DNA of 64,000 bases. It comes from Octopus vulgaris (lineage: Eukaryota). Numbering within the stretch: position 1 is the first letter of the stretch; each line of letters opens with the position of its first letter. The notes below the pieces were generated by a model. That model had not been told where the DNA came from. It saw only the letters and a program-made list of their open reading frames with translations, and made no database searches. Below, in pieces: positions 28,903 to 43,499 of this stretch. The stretch lies in NCBI GenBank assembly GCA_951406725.2, contig OX597823.1, positions 91,574,001-91,638,000 on the forward strand, given 5' to 3'. Made by a program: the position numbers and the translations under genes.

Positions 28903-30189
28903 TCAGGTCATCCCATATGTTCTGTCCGAATTTTGAATAAAGAAAACGAGTGATCAAATGTTATATTTAATTGAAATTTAATCATCAATGTACTTTCCCT
29001 GATTATCTATGACTTCCTTCCATCTATTTATAAGTTTCTTAATCCCATCAATGTAAAACTCTTTTGCTTTCAAAGTGAAGAACTCTGAAATGTCAGTTTC
29101 GACCTCCTCCTGGCTTGCGAAAGTTATGTCCCCCAAATGATTCTGTAAACTACGAAACAAATGGTAGTCTGAAGGAGCAAGGTCAAGAGAATAAGGTGGA
29201 TGAGGAATTTTTCCCAACTAAGCTCTTCGATCTTCTGTCATGTGGTCCTTGCAGCGTGAGGTCATACATTGTCCTGATGAAACACCACTCCTTTTTTGAT
29301 TCAGTAAAGCGGGTCTTTTTTTCTTTAAAGCTTGGTGCAAACGCTCTAATTGCTGACAGTGGACTTAACCATTGCTTGTTGCATTAGGTGGCAACAATTC
29401 AAAGTGAATTACCCTTTTGCAATCTCACCAGGTAGAGAGAAGAACCTTTTTCCCATGAAGTTCCCTTCTCGGTTGTGGTTGAGCTTTCCCCCTTTTACAA
29501 AGCCACTGTTTATGATGTTTAACATTTCGATAGAAGATCCATTTTTCATCACCAGTCACAAGTCTATCCAAAAAGGGTGAAATGAGTTCGTGAGAATGGA
29601 GAGAAGAGTAGATGTCAACTCAGGGATTTGCGGTTGCTTCCAGACAATTCATGAGACACCCATTTTCCAAGTTTAGGAACCTTTCCAAGTTGTTGAAGAT
29701 GACGATGAACAGTTGTATTGCTTGAACTAAGTTTTATTGTCAATTCTTCAACTGATAATGCAGGATTTTCTTCAAGTAATGCCTCAAGGAGTTTATCATC
29801 AAACTCAACTGAACGTCCTGTTAAATCTTCATCTTCAAAGCTGAAATCTCCACTTCCGAATTTTGCAAAATATCTTCTGCAAGTTCTTTCATTCAAGCAT
29901 TCTTTGCCATAAACTGAGTATATGTTTTGAGTCGCTTCGACTGCAGTTTCCTTTTTTATATTCATAAAGCATTATGTGCCTTAAATGCTCTTTGGATACT
30001 TCCATGTTAGAATGGGTGTTAATCAAAGAAATTTTAATCCTATTATTCTGTAAAATAATATTTAATTAGTTTAAATGTACACAAAGGCATAAAAATAATT
30101 TTTAATTCCATCAGACATTCTAAAATACTATAAAATTTCATTCAATTTTAAAAAAGGTAAAATCGGACAGAACTTATGGGATGTCCTGA
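28903..30189 (-). mobile_element. Full-length (1287 bp) mariner DNA transposon
   Basis: TIRs tcaggtcatcccatatgttctgtccga / tcggacagaacttatgggatgtcctga; TA on both sides (28901-28902 and 30190-30191). Confidence 0.93.
28978..30005 (-). pseudogene. Frameshifted mariner transposase (DD34D type)
   Basis: Motifs WVSHEL, VTGDEKW, FHQDN and HPPYSLDLAPSDYHLFRSL are spread over several frames. Confidence 0.9.
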
Positions 30190-31371
30190 TACATGTGTGT
30201 GTCTGTATATGTGCACCATTCTAAGTTACAACTCTGCACGGTAATCCCATGACAAATATTAACAAGCGAACAGGACTTAGTCCTGCCTTCCTTCTGCACA
30301 TCAACAGAAAAGTAGATGGGTAAGTAATCATATCTACAAATCACACCTCTGTATACTGGATAGTTTGTTCATTGTCAATGCAAGTATCTAAACACAATTT
30401 TCCGACAACAATCTGCCGCCTGAAGCAAACTGTTCATTTACTGGGATTTTGGTCCTTCGGTTAGTATAATTTTCTTATTTTAATTGTCTCCCTTGCTTGT
30501 GTTTACTTTACTGAATCATTGTTTAACAATGCTTACCTCACCTCAACACAGGTATAATTGCTATTAATTAAAGTTATCACGATCACCAGACATGGTGCTA
30601 AAATTTACTTCACTATTTATATTCCATTGTAAGATTCTAGTTCCACAAAATATCGTTGTAAAGCTCGATATTTCAAGTACCATCTGTAACAGATAAAAAT
30701 TTTTGTTTTAATTTCAAGACTATGTTTGAACTTTGAATCTTCACCATCTCCATCATCTTCATCAGATCTTGCAATTATTCCTTGCAGACATTGTCTCTCT
30801 CGAATCTTTCCATTGATTTTATTTGATAGCTTTCAAATAGTTCAATGAATTTAAAAGACTTTTCATTCGTTAAAGATTTCATCTTATTCAACACAAGAAA
30901 ATGTTGAAACTTTTTTTTTTCCCAACAGGATAGTTTTGTTTTACTTTCGTTCTTTATTAATTCATTCTATAAGCGATATCTCCATTCTTTCTTATTATTT
31001 CTGATAGCGTTTCATTATCTGTTAAGTTGATAAGTCGTATTTTTATCAATACAGCGATATTATATACATTCATTCACTGTGCAACCAACACATCATTGTG
31101 TTCAGCAGCAGCAGCCGCAGCAGTAGCCTCCTTGTATCGATGTTACAACTGTCTTTTCTCTTATATTCATCACATATGTATTACAACTATAGATTTGAAT
31201 ATACATCTGTTAAATGAATCACAGACATTTCCATCCTTCATAGTATAACAGATCTATAAATGTATATAGACGTGTATAGTGAAAGCTTAGTGAAATCTTA
31301 GTGGTTTATGTATTTGGCTCATGATTCTAAGGATGTGAGTTCAATTCCCAGCAGCAGGTTGTGTCCTTGGG

Positions 31372-31638
31372 CAGTGGCTCGGGAACAAAATTTGCTTAGG
31401 GGGTGCAAACTCAGGCCCAAAACTTTTACAAATAAGGTAATGTTTTTTAATTTATTTAATTATGTTCTTTGTTCAATGAGAAGAAACCTAATCCAAGGTT
31501 CTTTTCACAGGCCACAGATCACTCACTGTTTTCTAAACCCGCGAAAAGTAAGTAGGGGTGCAAATTTTGATTTTGCACCCCTCACAAATTTTAGGGGGTG
31601 CAAGTGTATCCCCTGTACCCCCTGTTCTCGAGCCCATG
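31372..31638. mobile_element. hAT-type MITE inserted in a SINE-B-like head
   Basis: TIRs cagtggctcgggaaca / tgttctcgagcccatg; perfect 8-bp TSD tccttggg (31364-31371 and 31639-31646); repeated ggggtgca motifs. Confidence 0.8.
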
Positions 31639-32130
31639 TCCTTGGGCAAGACATTTTACTTCATTTTGCTTGCAAAGACATCTGAATATAGCCAAATCCT
31701 TTCCTCTCAGTTACCCCATTATACCTTATGTGAGTGATTGTCTCTACGCTCCACTAAATTTCCTTCAACTAATTCTAATATAGCAGTTTTGAGAAATGAT
31801 CAGAAATGCAACCAGCATACCATCATACATCAGGAAACCCACTTTATTATGGACTAACTATGGATAAATACATCGTCTGTGAGTTTGAAATCCCTCCTCA
31901 TATCTCCAGAATTGAAACCTACTTCATTATTATGGATGGATTTACATTTTCAATTTGTGTGAAACTAAGAGGTTTTTTAAAATACTTTTTTAAAGCCTGT
32001 TATATGACTGTGCAACATTAATGAACTTTGGAAGTCCGTTTATTATCTAAATCTGATTTTTATAGAACTATCCCTGATGTTTCAGGAGTGTAGCCTCACC
32101 CCCTTAGATGTTTTGAGAACTCAGATGTTT

Positions 32131-32220
32131 TTTCGGCTGATGAGTACGGGTCACTTGTATTTGCTGCAATATTTGCATCCTTAATAAAGGTGGTCTTCGT
32201 ACGAAACAATTGTACCGAAA
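32131..32220 (+). ncRNA. Intact type I hammerhead ribozyme (PLE style, palindromic stem III)
   Basis: tttcgg CTGATGA gtacg..cgtac GAAA caattg TA ccgaaa: perfect core, 6-bp stem I, extended stem II, GUA cleavage triplet. Confidence 0.85.
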
Positions 32221-32555
32221 TATTGATCCATTTTTGTTGCTTTTTTCTTGTACATATATATATGACTTCAAGAACAATTATACATCGCATAAATTAGTAA
32301 GAACACTAAACCCATGTAATTCTAAAGTAAGCTTTTTTTTCTTTATTTAGTTTTTATTATTTTTTCTTACAGTACTACTGGTGACTATTCTTTGACAACT
32401 CAGATTCTTAAAACGAATTTATTGTCTTTCTTGTATGAAACGATCATAGAGCGAAATGAATAAAAAATATTGTATTCCATATTAACATCTAATCTCAATT
32501 TACGAAAAATATGATTGAATTTGTCAAACCTCGTTCTATAACTTAAATCATATAA

Positions 32556-32600
<45 letters not shown>

Positions 32601-32664
32601 TTAATCGCGTGTGTATCGTTGGCGATTTGCTTCCTCCGCCTTCCCTTCCTTTGAACTTTCCTCT

Positions 32665-32699
32665 ATTTCTGAAGAAGAGCAAGGCTCGAAACGTTAAAT
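32665..32699 (+). ncRNA. Minimal hammerhead ribozyme motif
   Basis: attt CTGAAGA a gagc aag gctc GAAA cg TT aaat. Confidence 0.75.
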
Positions 32700-32825
32700 C
32701 CTCTTCCTTTCCTTTCTTGAGCACCCGATAATACTGTACTTGTACCACATACTCACGTTATTGTTATTTCTTGTTTGTTCTTCTTTGTTTGGATTCACTA
32801 TATATATATATATATATATACATAA

Positions 32826-33340
32826 AGTACAAAAAGCTGCCTGATAGGGCAGCTTTTAGTCTCGTATATAGTTTTTAAGCAACTGACCCTGAATGGGAAA
32901 ATCTGCAATTGCTTCCTCCAGAATTATATCCCAATGATGATCATGTTTGACGCAAAAAAAATCATGTAAAAACATCGTTGAAAACAATTGCAGTAATGGA
33001 AACATAGGAATCCAAAATTTCAAGATTGCAGGACTGGATTCGACTTGGAATGTTTTTAATTTACTCACAGAGTTGGCCTTTAGATTATAAAAATTGTTAT
33101 CATACAAAGAAATTTGTCACAAAATGTCATGTAAAACAATTGCTGAAAATAATCACAGTAATGAAAACTTGGAAATCCCAAATTTCAGGATTGGGGGTCC
33201 GGATTCAATCCAGAATGCTTTGAATTTTCTTGCAGAATCAGCCTGATTCCAAAATGGTATGATATTTTGGACTACAGCTTCTAGGAGTAAAGTTGAAAAG
33301 TGTGACACGTTGACACACTGAAATTCGCATTTATTATATT
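32826..33340 (-). mobile_element. Helitron-like non-autonomous element
   Basis: Terminal hairpin aagctgcctgatagggcagctt at one end; the other end (gtgtgacac..catttattatat) recurs at 33570-33616 and 34070-34126. Confidence 0.45.
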
Positions 33341-33347
33341 ATATTAA

Positions 33348-33560
33348 GGCGGCGAGCTGACAGAATCGTTAGCACACTGGGCGAAATGCTTAGCAGTATT
33401 TTGTCTGCTGTTAGGATTTGAGTTCGAATTCCGGCGAGGTCGACTTTGCCTTTCATCCTTTTGGGGTCGATAAAATTAGTACCAATTACATACTGGGGAC
33501 GATGTAGTTGACTTAATCCCTTCATCCCAAATATGAGGCCTTATGCTTCCAGTAGGAAGG
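33348..33560 (+). mobile_element. SINE family A
   Basis: ggcggcgagctgacagaatcgttagc head and core domain. Confidence 0.85.
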
Positions 33561-34126
33561 ATTTGTTAAAGTTGAAAAAGTGTGACACAATGACATTCAC
33601 ATTTATTATATTAGATATGCTTAATTTTGGGGTAAGTTTATTTCAATTAACGTGTACTTTATGTGTGTGTGTGTGTGTGTGTACATGTATATATGTATAT
33701 GTATTCAAGAAAGCAAAAATTAAGCAAAAAATAGAACAATACCAAAAAAATGAAACAAAAATGATAGTGTTCAGTATGTTGGCCACAGGAATTTCTGTCA
33801 AAGAGACATGGTTAATCAAAGTTGTACACCTCCCTTTTTCTCTCACATTCCCACTCTTTCTCTCTCTTTTATTATTACTCCCACTACCACCATCAACACT
33901 ACTACTTTTAATAAAACATCAACTCACCCTAAATTTCTTTGTCTCTCTTTCTCTCCCTCTCTTTTTCTTTCTCTTTCTGTCTGTCTTTGCAACTGCCTTC
34001 ACTGATACTATTACTCTCACCTCAGCATGAGGAATAGTAGGAGTGCCACTGAACAGTGAGAGAAAGGGTCTAAGTGTGACACACTGACACACAGAAATTA
34101 GTTTGCGCATTTATTATATATATAGA

Positions 34127-34710
34127 TGCAGGAGTGGCTGTGTGGTAAGAAGCTTGCTTTCCAACCACATAGTTCCAGGTTCAGTCCCTCTTGTGTGGAC
34201 GCGCCCCAGACGATGAAGTAGGCTAGCCCAATACGTAGTTATAGAGGGAGAACAGTTGAGTAGCAGTCAGAGAGTAGTAGACTAGAACAGAGTAGCAGAA
34301 TAGAAGAGTAGAGTAGTTGAGAGCAGAGAATTGGGTTGAGGAGAAGGCATCCGAACGTGCGACATAACAGTCCCGCTGCATGGTACCTTGGGCAAGTGTC
34401 TTCTACTATAGCTTCGGGCCAACCAAAGCCTTGTGAGTGGATTTGGTAGATGGAAACTGAAAGAAGCTTATATGCATGTATTTGTGTGTCTGTGTTTGTA
34501 CCCCCACCCCACCACCATCGCTTGACAACTGATGTTGGTGTGTTTGTGTCCCTGTAACTTAGCGATGGTTCAGCAAAAATGACTGATAGAATAAGTACTA
34601 GGCTTACAGAGAATGAGTCCATAAGTCCTGGTGGGGGGCGATTTGCTCAGCTAAGGGCGGTGCTTTAGCATGGCCACAGTCAAATGACTAAAACAAAAGA
34701 ATAAAAGAAT
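34127..34710 (+). mobile_element. SINE family B interrupted by a solo LTR
   Basis: Head is split at gtccc and resumes at 34370. Confidence 0.8.
34189..34369. mobile_element. Probable solo LTR (181 bp)
   Basis: 5-bp TSD gtccc (34184-34188 and 34370-34374); ends tcttgtgt / acataaca, a decayed TG..CA inverted terminus. Confidence 0.6.
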
Positions 34711-34722
34711 ATATATAAATAT

Positions 34723-34808
<86 letters not shown>

Positions 34809-35130
34809 GCAACCATATATGTCTCTATATCACCATGAAATTCCATGCTCTATGGTGGCCAAACATATTAAAGAGTATGTGTGTGTGTATATATCTATAT
34901 ATAAGTATACGTCCATTTGTGATTACATTAGTAGGAGTATTGCTGTCATCTATACCATGCTGTATCTCTCCATTTTATCTAGTTATTGCATAATTTATAT
35001 ATAACTGTTCTTCTTCATTTATTATGTGTTCGTCACGTAACTAATGTCTATTTTCAAATAATTCATCTTTTTAATGTATTATTTATTCCACAGACTTTCA
35101 CATATAACTTCACACACATATGTATATTTG

Positions 35131-35219
<89 letters not shown>

Positions 35220-35253
35220 ATATATACATATATACATATGTGTGTGAAGTTAT

Positions 35254-35310
<57 letters not shown>

Positions 35311-36329
35311 TGCATATATAACGACTACATATATATACATGTATACATTGATATTGTTAAATCCATTATCATATCTCTCACTACATATTTTCGTTTTTTT
35401 TCTTTTTGTAGTTACTCTCAATCTACAATAATTTCCAATAGTTCTTTGTGGACAGCGTGATGCTGGATGTGACAACCATTAACCATATTCAAAAGCATTA
35501 CACATTACTTCATCACATGCATTAGAATGAACTTTAGCTAATCTAGATACATTGTGGTAACAGAAAACAAAATACGTCTCCGCTGCCAAGGAAACGCTAA
35601 AAAATACAGGTCAGACAAAGCAGTCTCTGTCTATAGCCAAAGGGAAACTGCAAATATTTCAGGGATAATACAGCTGATGAAAGGTGGTATGAACCTCTTG
35701 CATTTACAGGAAGACAGCTATACAATACAACTTACTGACCAACAAAGTTCATCAAGTATAAAGGAAACCTTTTGAAATTGGGTGAACAATACTGTTTCTC
35801 ATTACAGTTTGTGCTTTGCCTTGACTAACAGTTACTTAGTGTTATACGATCACTTCCTGTTGATGGTCTTAATTCTGCTTTAGGTCTGAAAACATTTTCA
35901 AAGTTTGTTAGTGATATGCATCTTTTAAAATTCTGGTTAAACTGCGTAGATCTCAAAAAATGTGGTATTTCTTCCAAAGGTTATGGGGCCCTGTACATCT
36001 AACGATATTTCAAGATTGAAATGAACAGGTGTAGGAAAGGCTGCGTGGTTAACATCTTTGTTTCCCAGCCACAAGGGTGTCAGGTTCAGTCCAACCCTGT
36101 GACACCTTTGGCATGACGATGTGGTGCTGTGACTTTCACAATTATCCATGCACGCACAAGCACTCATATACACACATGCACAGATATATACACATGCATA
36201 CACAAGCACATGCACATACATGCACAAACATACATAGGCATATACATGCACACAAACATCCACATACACACATAGACACACATACTCACATACACACATA
36301 GATACATACACATGCACACACACACGTGT

Positions 36330-37269
36330 TTTATTTGTCAAGTTACAACAAAGGTGGCCTAGCATTCAAAGTAGAGGCCATCGTGTTGCACCATTTTTGA
36401 AGCCATCACTGCATAATCGCTGCTTATGCACGTTAGGACCGCAGTTCCTTTCTATAGCTCACTTGCTGTGTTCACGCCACTTCAACCATCAAGAAGAGGT
36501 GGAAGCTTAAGTGAAGGATTTCTTCATGTAGTGGTTAAGTGTGTATCAGCATGTGTTAAGGTGAACAAATGCGATAGGCATGTGGATGCCTTTGAAGTAA
36601 ACAAACAAATGACATCGATCCACGGTTAAAATAATTTATTTACTGTACTTGCATTTGCCTTTGGTATACAATATTCTTCACTACATGTAATTGTTGACAA
36701 CTCTTACGATTTGCTAGTAATAGAAAGAGGGAACATCTGTGTGTGTCGTTTATTTGAGAAAGTAGTCTGCCATCAACCTTTCTATCTGCCAGTGTGCCAT
36801 GAACTTTCAGTCTGTCTGCCAAAGCCTTTCTTACCTGCGTCCTAGGCTTTTCTGTCCATCTCTCTGTTGACCACGGTATTTTATAACCGCCGTGGCAGCT
36901 AGAAGGACAGACATACTGCCGCAGTGATCATACCTAAATAGGTCAGTTCCTGTCCATTTGAAATTTGCCTGACATGGTTGAGGTCGTAAGGCAAAGGGAG
37001 ATGATTTATCATCTTTTTACAGGACAAAGAAAACCTTTTTTTCGCGCCTGTTGATCGTAGTGGTTTGGATGACCAAGAATCCTTAGATTCGGTTTCGAAT
37101 TTATGCTTGGAGAAGAAAGTGTTAATTTTTACATTCACTTCAAAGGACAAGAACTACAGTAGTATCGGCATGGGATCAAAGAACTGAAAGAAAGATGGCT
37201 TCAGATGCTGCAACACGATGGCCTCTACTTTGAATGCTAGGCTTCTTTTGTCATACCTTGATGAATAAA
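36330..37269. mobile_element. About 940-bp segment bounded by ~78-bp inverted repeats
   Basis: Perfect 34-bp inverted match 36357-36390 / 37209-37242, extending imperfectly on both sides. Confidence 0.55.
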
Positions 37270-37677
37270 GCAAATAGATTATCCAAAATCTTGCAAAATT
37301 TTTGACTCAGCTCTATATATTAGAACTCAGGCCTAAAAAGTATCAGAACATTATTGAATTCCAGTGTATAACCAGAAATTAATGTAATGAAATGAAGTGG
37401 AAATGCTTTAAGAGAGAATATTATGCTTAAATCGGATGATGAAAGAAGACTTATAGGAGTTGTGTTTAAAGGATGACATCTGATTTTTGTTAAACAAGTT
37501 GTTCCCTTCAGAATATCTTCTGAAACATTGGGGAACAATATAAAGATGGACATAAAAATTTTTAATTGAACAAAGAAAATTTAATCATCTCAACATCATT
37601 GAATTATTTTCATAAGAAATACATTTCAGCCTTAGAAATTGTCTAAAAATGAAAAAAAACAACAAAACTTCTACATA

Positions 37678-37811
<134 letters not shown>

Positions 37812-37931
37812 GATATAATTATAGGTATATGTGTATGTATATATATATATATATATATAAATATATATATACATATATATATGTATATATATATATATAT
37901 TTATATATAGATATAATTATAGGTATATGTG

Positions 37932-37962
<31 letters not shown>

Positions 37963-38181
37963 CATTGTATATAGATAAAATTATATGTATATGTGTGTGC
38001 GTGTGTGTATATATATATATAAATATAGTATATATACATATATATAAATCCATATATACTATATATACATGCATATCATTTTTATACACATGTATTTGTA
38101 TGCATATGTATATCAATATATATGCATGTATTTGTGTGTGTGTGTCTATATATGCATATATATATGTATATATATACATAT

Positions 38182-38214
<33 letters not shown>

Positions 38215-38269
38215 TACACACACACACATATATATATTTCCACTCGTACGGTACCTTACAACTTCACTT

Positions 38270-38314
<45 letters not shown>

Positions 38315-38410
38315 CCCTTCTCCTCCAAACGTATATATGTGTCCATACGTGTATGTGTGTGTGTGTATATAATAGAGCTTATGTGCACTATCTAAAAATT
38401 CTATCTTCAG

Positions 38411-38553
38411 GTATTAGAACAAAGGGCTGCCATCCTTTTGAAATACGTAATATTTCAAAGCCATATTTTGAAGAAAGAGATCGATTCATTATACGATGAC
38501 AAAAATATGAAGAAGAACCGCACTGTAATTATGTTGGAGAAACATGTAAGAAG
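38411..38553 (+). CDS. Candidate internal coding exon of an unidentified host gene
   Basis: Acceptor ttctatcttcag, donor AAG|gtaagc, 143 nt open in phase 0: VLEQRAAILLKYVIFQSHILKKEIDSLYDDKNMKKNRTVIMLEKHVR; non-repetitive sequence. Confidence 0.45.
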
Positions 38554-38728
38554 GTAAGCACATTCCTCGGCTTTTAGTGCATGTGAAAATAAATGATGCT
38601 GCTGGCCCCCTCCCACCCCCTGTAATTAGCAAGGAATATTAACCTTTTATATAAAGCAGTAATAAATTAGACCATTGTCGTAGTGGATAGCATAATTTGC
38701 CTATTTGAGCCTTAAATACCTTATCATT

Positions 38729-39097
38729 ATTACCTCCACCTTTGCTAAGGCGGAGGTATTGTTTTCAGTTGTGTTTGTTTGTTTGTCCGTGGACAAGATA
38801 TCTCAAGAACTGCTGGATAGATTCAGATGAAACTTTCAGAGATGTTTGGCCTCATAACTGGCACAAATTGATTAGATTTTGGGATCAATCTGGTACCAGA
38901 CAAAGATTCTGGATTACTTTTCCTGTTTTTTTTTACTTAATTTTTGAGAGTGGTTGGGTTTATTTTTAGTATTCTCATTTGTGAGAGCAATGAAGTTTAT
39001 TTCAGATATTCTCATTTAAAAAATCATCTCTGGCTAATCGTTGACAGGATGTTGGTGTTGCCTTGGCAGAGGTTTGCGCTCTTTGAGTGCTCTTGTT
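38729..39097 (+). mobile_element. Helentron-associated non-autonomous element (HINE/DINE-like)
   Basis: 5' acctccacct..aggcggaggt inverted pair, (gttt)n tract, 3' ccttggcagaggt plus short hairpin gcgctc..gagtgc. Confidence 0.65.
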
Positions 39098-40185
39098 TAA
39101 TATAAATTTTTATGCTTGGCTCAGTGTTAATCACAAGAACTGAAACAACGGCTGGTTTACTGTTTTCCTTTCAGCTACCATCAGAATTTGCTGGAAAATT
39201 TTCCTATCCAAGATGCACTTTGCACTGGCTGGCCAACTGAGATTCACAGCAACAAAATGAAGGAGTTAATTGACATCGACCCTTTTTATATGACCATTAT
39301 GATAACATATATTCTCTAAATAACTAAATTGAGTGTTTAAAAGCATCAGCAGGGTCAATGTTCGGGTCTTCACATCAAATGAATGAGGTCAAATCATTGT
39401 AGAAACATGAAGAAAACGATCCATTTTTTGAAAAGAATGGCAACAAGGGACAAAATATGAGTATACCATAACAATATAAAGTGCAAACGATCATTGGTGA
39501 TGTGTGGTGCATCACTAAAAATAACCTCCAAAGGTGGACTTCACCTAAAAATGTTATGTGTTTAATTTGATGGAATTGTTGTTTTTTTATGAGCATCTTC
39601 CTGAAGACAAGAAAACAGGTAGGGCTGTAGCCTTCCATTCAGTATGTACCATCAGCACACACACACACACATATATATATACACACACAAACACACTCAC
39701 ACACACACTCACACACACATACACACACACATATACATACATACATATATACATACGTACATATATATATATATATATAAATAAATATATATATATATAT
39801 ACATACATACATAAATACATATATATATATACATATACATACATATATATGTGTGCATTGTGTGTGTGTTGTGTGTATGTATGTGTGTGTGTGCAAGTGT
39901 TTGTGTACACACACTCAAACACAGAAATATAAGTATATAAAACTCAGCATGCAAGGCAAATGACAAATTTGTTTTTCAAAAATATTTTCAATTCCAGATA
40001 AGGGAAAATTAACATTCAATGCCAATTATGACCGATTCTAAACGAAAAGAGAAACATGGTCTCAAAAAGCGAAGACTTTTCCTAAATTGACATGCCATTG
40101 AGGAATGGTAGGCTAACCATCTGAAGACAAGAAAACAGGTAGGGCTGTAGCCTTCCACTCAGTATGTACCATCAGCACACACACC

Positions 40186-40234
<49 letters not shown>

Positions 40235-40279
40235 GAGTGCATTTGTGTGTGTGTGTGTATGTGTGCATATATATAGATG

Positions 40280-40316
<37 letters not shown>

Positions 40317-40411
40317 GCATATTTGTAGATATATATATATATGCATCTACCTCTCTATCTATCTATTATATATATTTATACATAGATATGCATATATGCT
40401 TGTACAAACAT

Positions 40412-40442
<31 letters not shown>

Positions 40443-40475
40443 CACATATTTATACATATATATACATACATGCAC

Positions 40476-40512
<37 letters not shown>

Positions 40513-40984
40513 CACATTTTATATACATACACACACAAATAAATATACGCATGAATGTGTAGTTACACACACACACACACACATAAATGAAATACCAGAG
40601 CAAATACTGGTGTGAAAGGTTAAAGAAATAAAATAGCAATTATAAAGATGTCTCTTATAAAATGAATGAAACTTTGGCTTGTTTTTTGTCATTTAAGAGC
40701 AACTGATAGAAATATGAATGAAACTAAATAGCAAAAAAAGAAGAAAAAAGAAAACTAAAATGTAATTAAAAAAAATAGAAGCCGTTCATGGTGCCTCCGA
40801 CAAACATAACCACCATCACGCCAAACCACACACACCCCTGCTCCATTAAAGATGGCTTTAAAAAAAACACAGCAACCAGACAGGAAAAATAAACAATACT
40901 GAATGAGTCGTTTTATGTGTTTGTGTAAGTGTGTGCGTGTGTGAGTGTGTGTGTGTGTGTGAGTGTGCGTGTGTAAGTGTGTGT

Positions 40985-41024
<40 letters not shown>

Positions 41025-41163
41025 ATATGGCTGGGAAATGAGAGCAATTTGCCAAGCATAAAATTATAAAATTGTGTACGTTTATCATGAGGTATATGTT
41101 ACACTGGCAAACATACATACATACATACAAACATAGACACATGTGCCTGTGTCACTTTGTCTC

Positions 41164-41216
<53 letters not shown>

Positions 41217-41380
41217 ACACATATACATACATACATACATACATATATACATACATATATATATATACACATATATACAGATACACACACATATATATAT
41301 ACATATATACATACATGTATATACATATATATATATACATACATATATATATACATATATATATACATATATATGTGTTT

Positions 41381-41417
<37 letters not shown>

Positions 41418-41619
41418 TTTATATACATTCATGTATAAACATTTATGCAAATAAATTATATATATATATGAATAAACATATATATATATACATACATGTA
41501 TATATATATATATGTGTGTGTGTATACATATGTAAATGTGTGCATATATATGTGTGTGTGTATGTATGCACATATAAACATATAAATATACATGTTTGAT
41601 ACTCTTGCTATACATACAT

Positions 41620-41672
<53 letters not shown>

Positions 41673-41843
41673 CAGATAAGCATGCTGTAAGTTTCATCCC
41701 AATACATGTGCAAATTGACATGTACATATGTGTATGTGTGTACACGTGCATATATATATATATATACACACATATATACATATATATGTGTGTGTATATA
41801 TATATATATTTGTATATGTATATATGTATGTTTGTCTGTGTCA

Positions 41844-41921
<78 letters not shown>

Positions 41922-42359
41922 AGATTTATCCATTAAGAAAAAAAGTGTCAAGAGAAACAGAGGCCAGATAACTCCATTGAACACTTAACAGTTCTGTGGA
42001 TATGACACTATTTCAATGTATCTCCTTGAATGATTTCCGTTTCCCTGTCTGAGGTATTAAGGTGGAAATACAATTCTTCTTTGACACAGAATTGTGGCTA
42101 ACCCTCTTCATCCTGCTGGGAACAAATTGCTCTTAGATTCTCTTCCATAGGTAGACATGTTTGCTTTCATATTTTTCGTCGCTGCCTCGTGTTAACTTCA
42201 TGAACACATTACCATATGTTTAAATTCCTAAATACATACATGCATACATACATACATACCTACCTACATACATACATACATACATACATACATACATACA
42301 TACATACATGCACACACATATATATACACATATATATAACTGTATATAGATACATACAA

Positions 42360-42392
<33 letters not shown>

Positions 42393-42546
42393 CACTCACT
42401 ATGCATATGTGTGTATATATAAACATATACATATATATGTATGTATATATATGCATATGTATATATGTGTGTGTGTTTGCCTCTCTCTGTGTGTGTATGT
42501 GTGTATATATATATGTATATATATTTGTATATCTATGTATAAATAC

Positions 42547-42577
<31 letters not shown>

Positions 42578-43030
42578 GATAGATAGATATCAGACTTACA
42601 GAAATTCATATACATATGCATGGTTATATATGTAAGTAAGTACCTACAGAAATGTGTATATCTATAGGTGTGTTTGTGTAAATTAATTTATATATGCAAT
42701 CAAAGACACACATATTTTGTCAGACAAACTCTATCCTCCATGGTGTTATTTTGGTGGACAAAATGCTTAAGAAAAAATCAAACATATTTGATGAGAAGAT
42801 TGCTTTCTTTCCTTCTTTCTTGTATTCTGTCTGCCATAGGATAAAGGTCACAGACAGATAAGTGTTGAAGAAACTTGTTGAATGAAGGTGACGGGTGAAG
42901 GATGTGTCTAAATGCGGTGGGGAGTATTGGTGGAAACAGTTGTCTCTAAGATGGTCACAAGTAAGAATTGTCAAGAACAAAAGGCGCCAAAATATTCTTT
43001 GGAGTGATTGTGTCTCTGTGAGTGTGTGCA

Positions 43031-43099
<69 letters not shown>

Positions 43100-43120
43100 G
43101 TATATGTGCATATGTATATG

Positions 43121-43175
<55 letters not shown>

Positions 43176-43499
43176 TTCATTATGCATATACATAAGTGCA
43201 CACATATATGAACACACGCACACATTTAAAATGTGCTCGTTTGTAACTTCATATAATTTTATATTTATGTGTGGTTGCAAATGTAAAAACACTCTTCTAA
43301 ACACGTAGACACATATTTCTACATAAATATATCTATATTCATATCTATATGTATATATATATATATATGCGACACATGTATGTGTGTGTGTGTATGTGTA
43401 TGTGTGTGTATATATATATAGCTAAATAGATAGATATAACTATGCATATATAAACTTCTGTAAGTCTGATGTATATATATATATATATATAAATGGAGT

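Noticed and set aside
30200-31030. Possible decayed hAT transposase on the minus strand
   Set aside because: Only faint motif resemblance across many stops; needs BLASTX.
42839-42960. AG..GT bounded segment resembling an exon
   Set aside because: Stops in all three frames.
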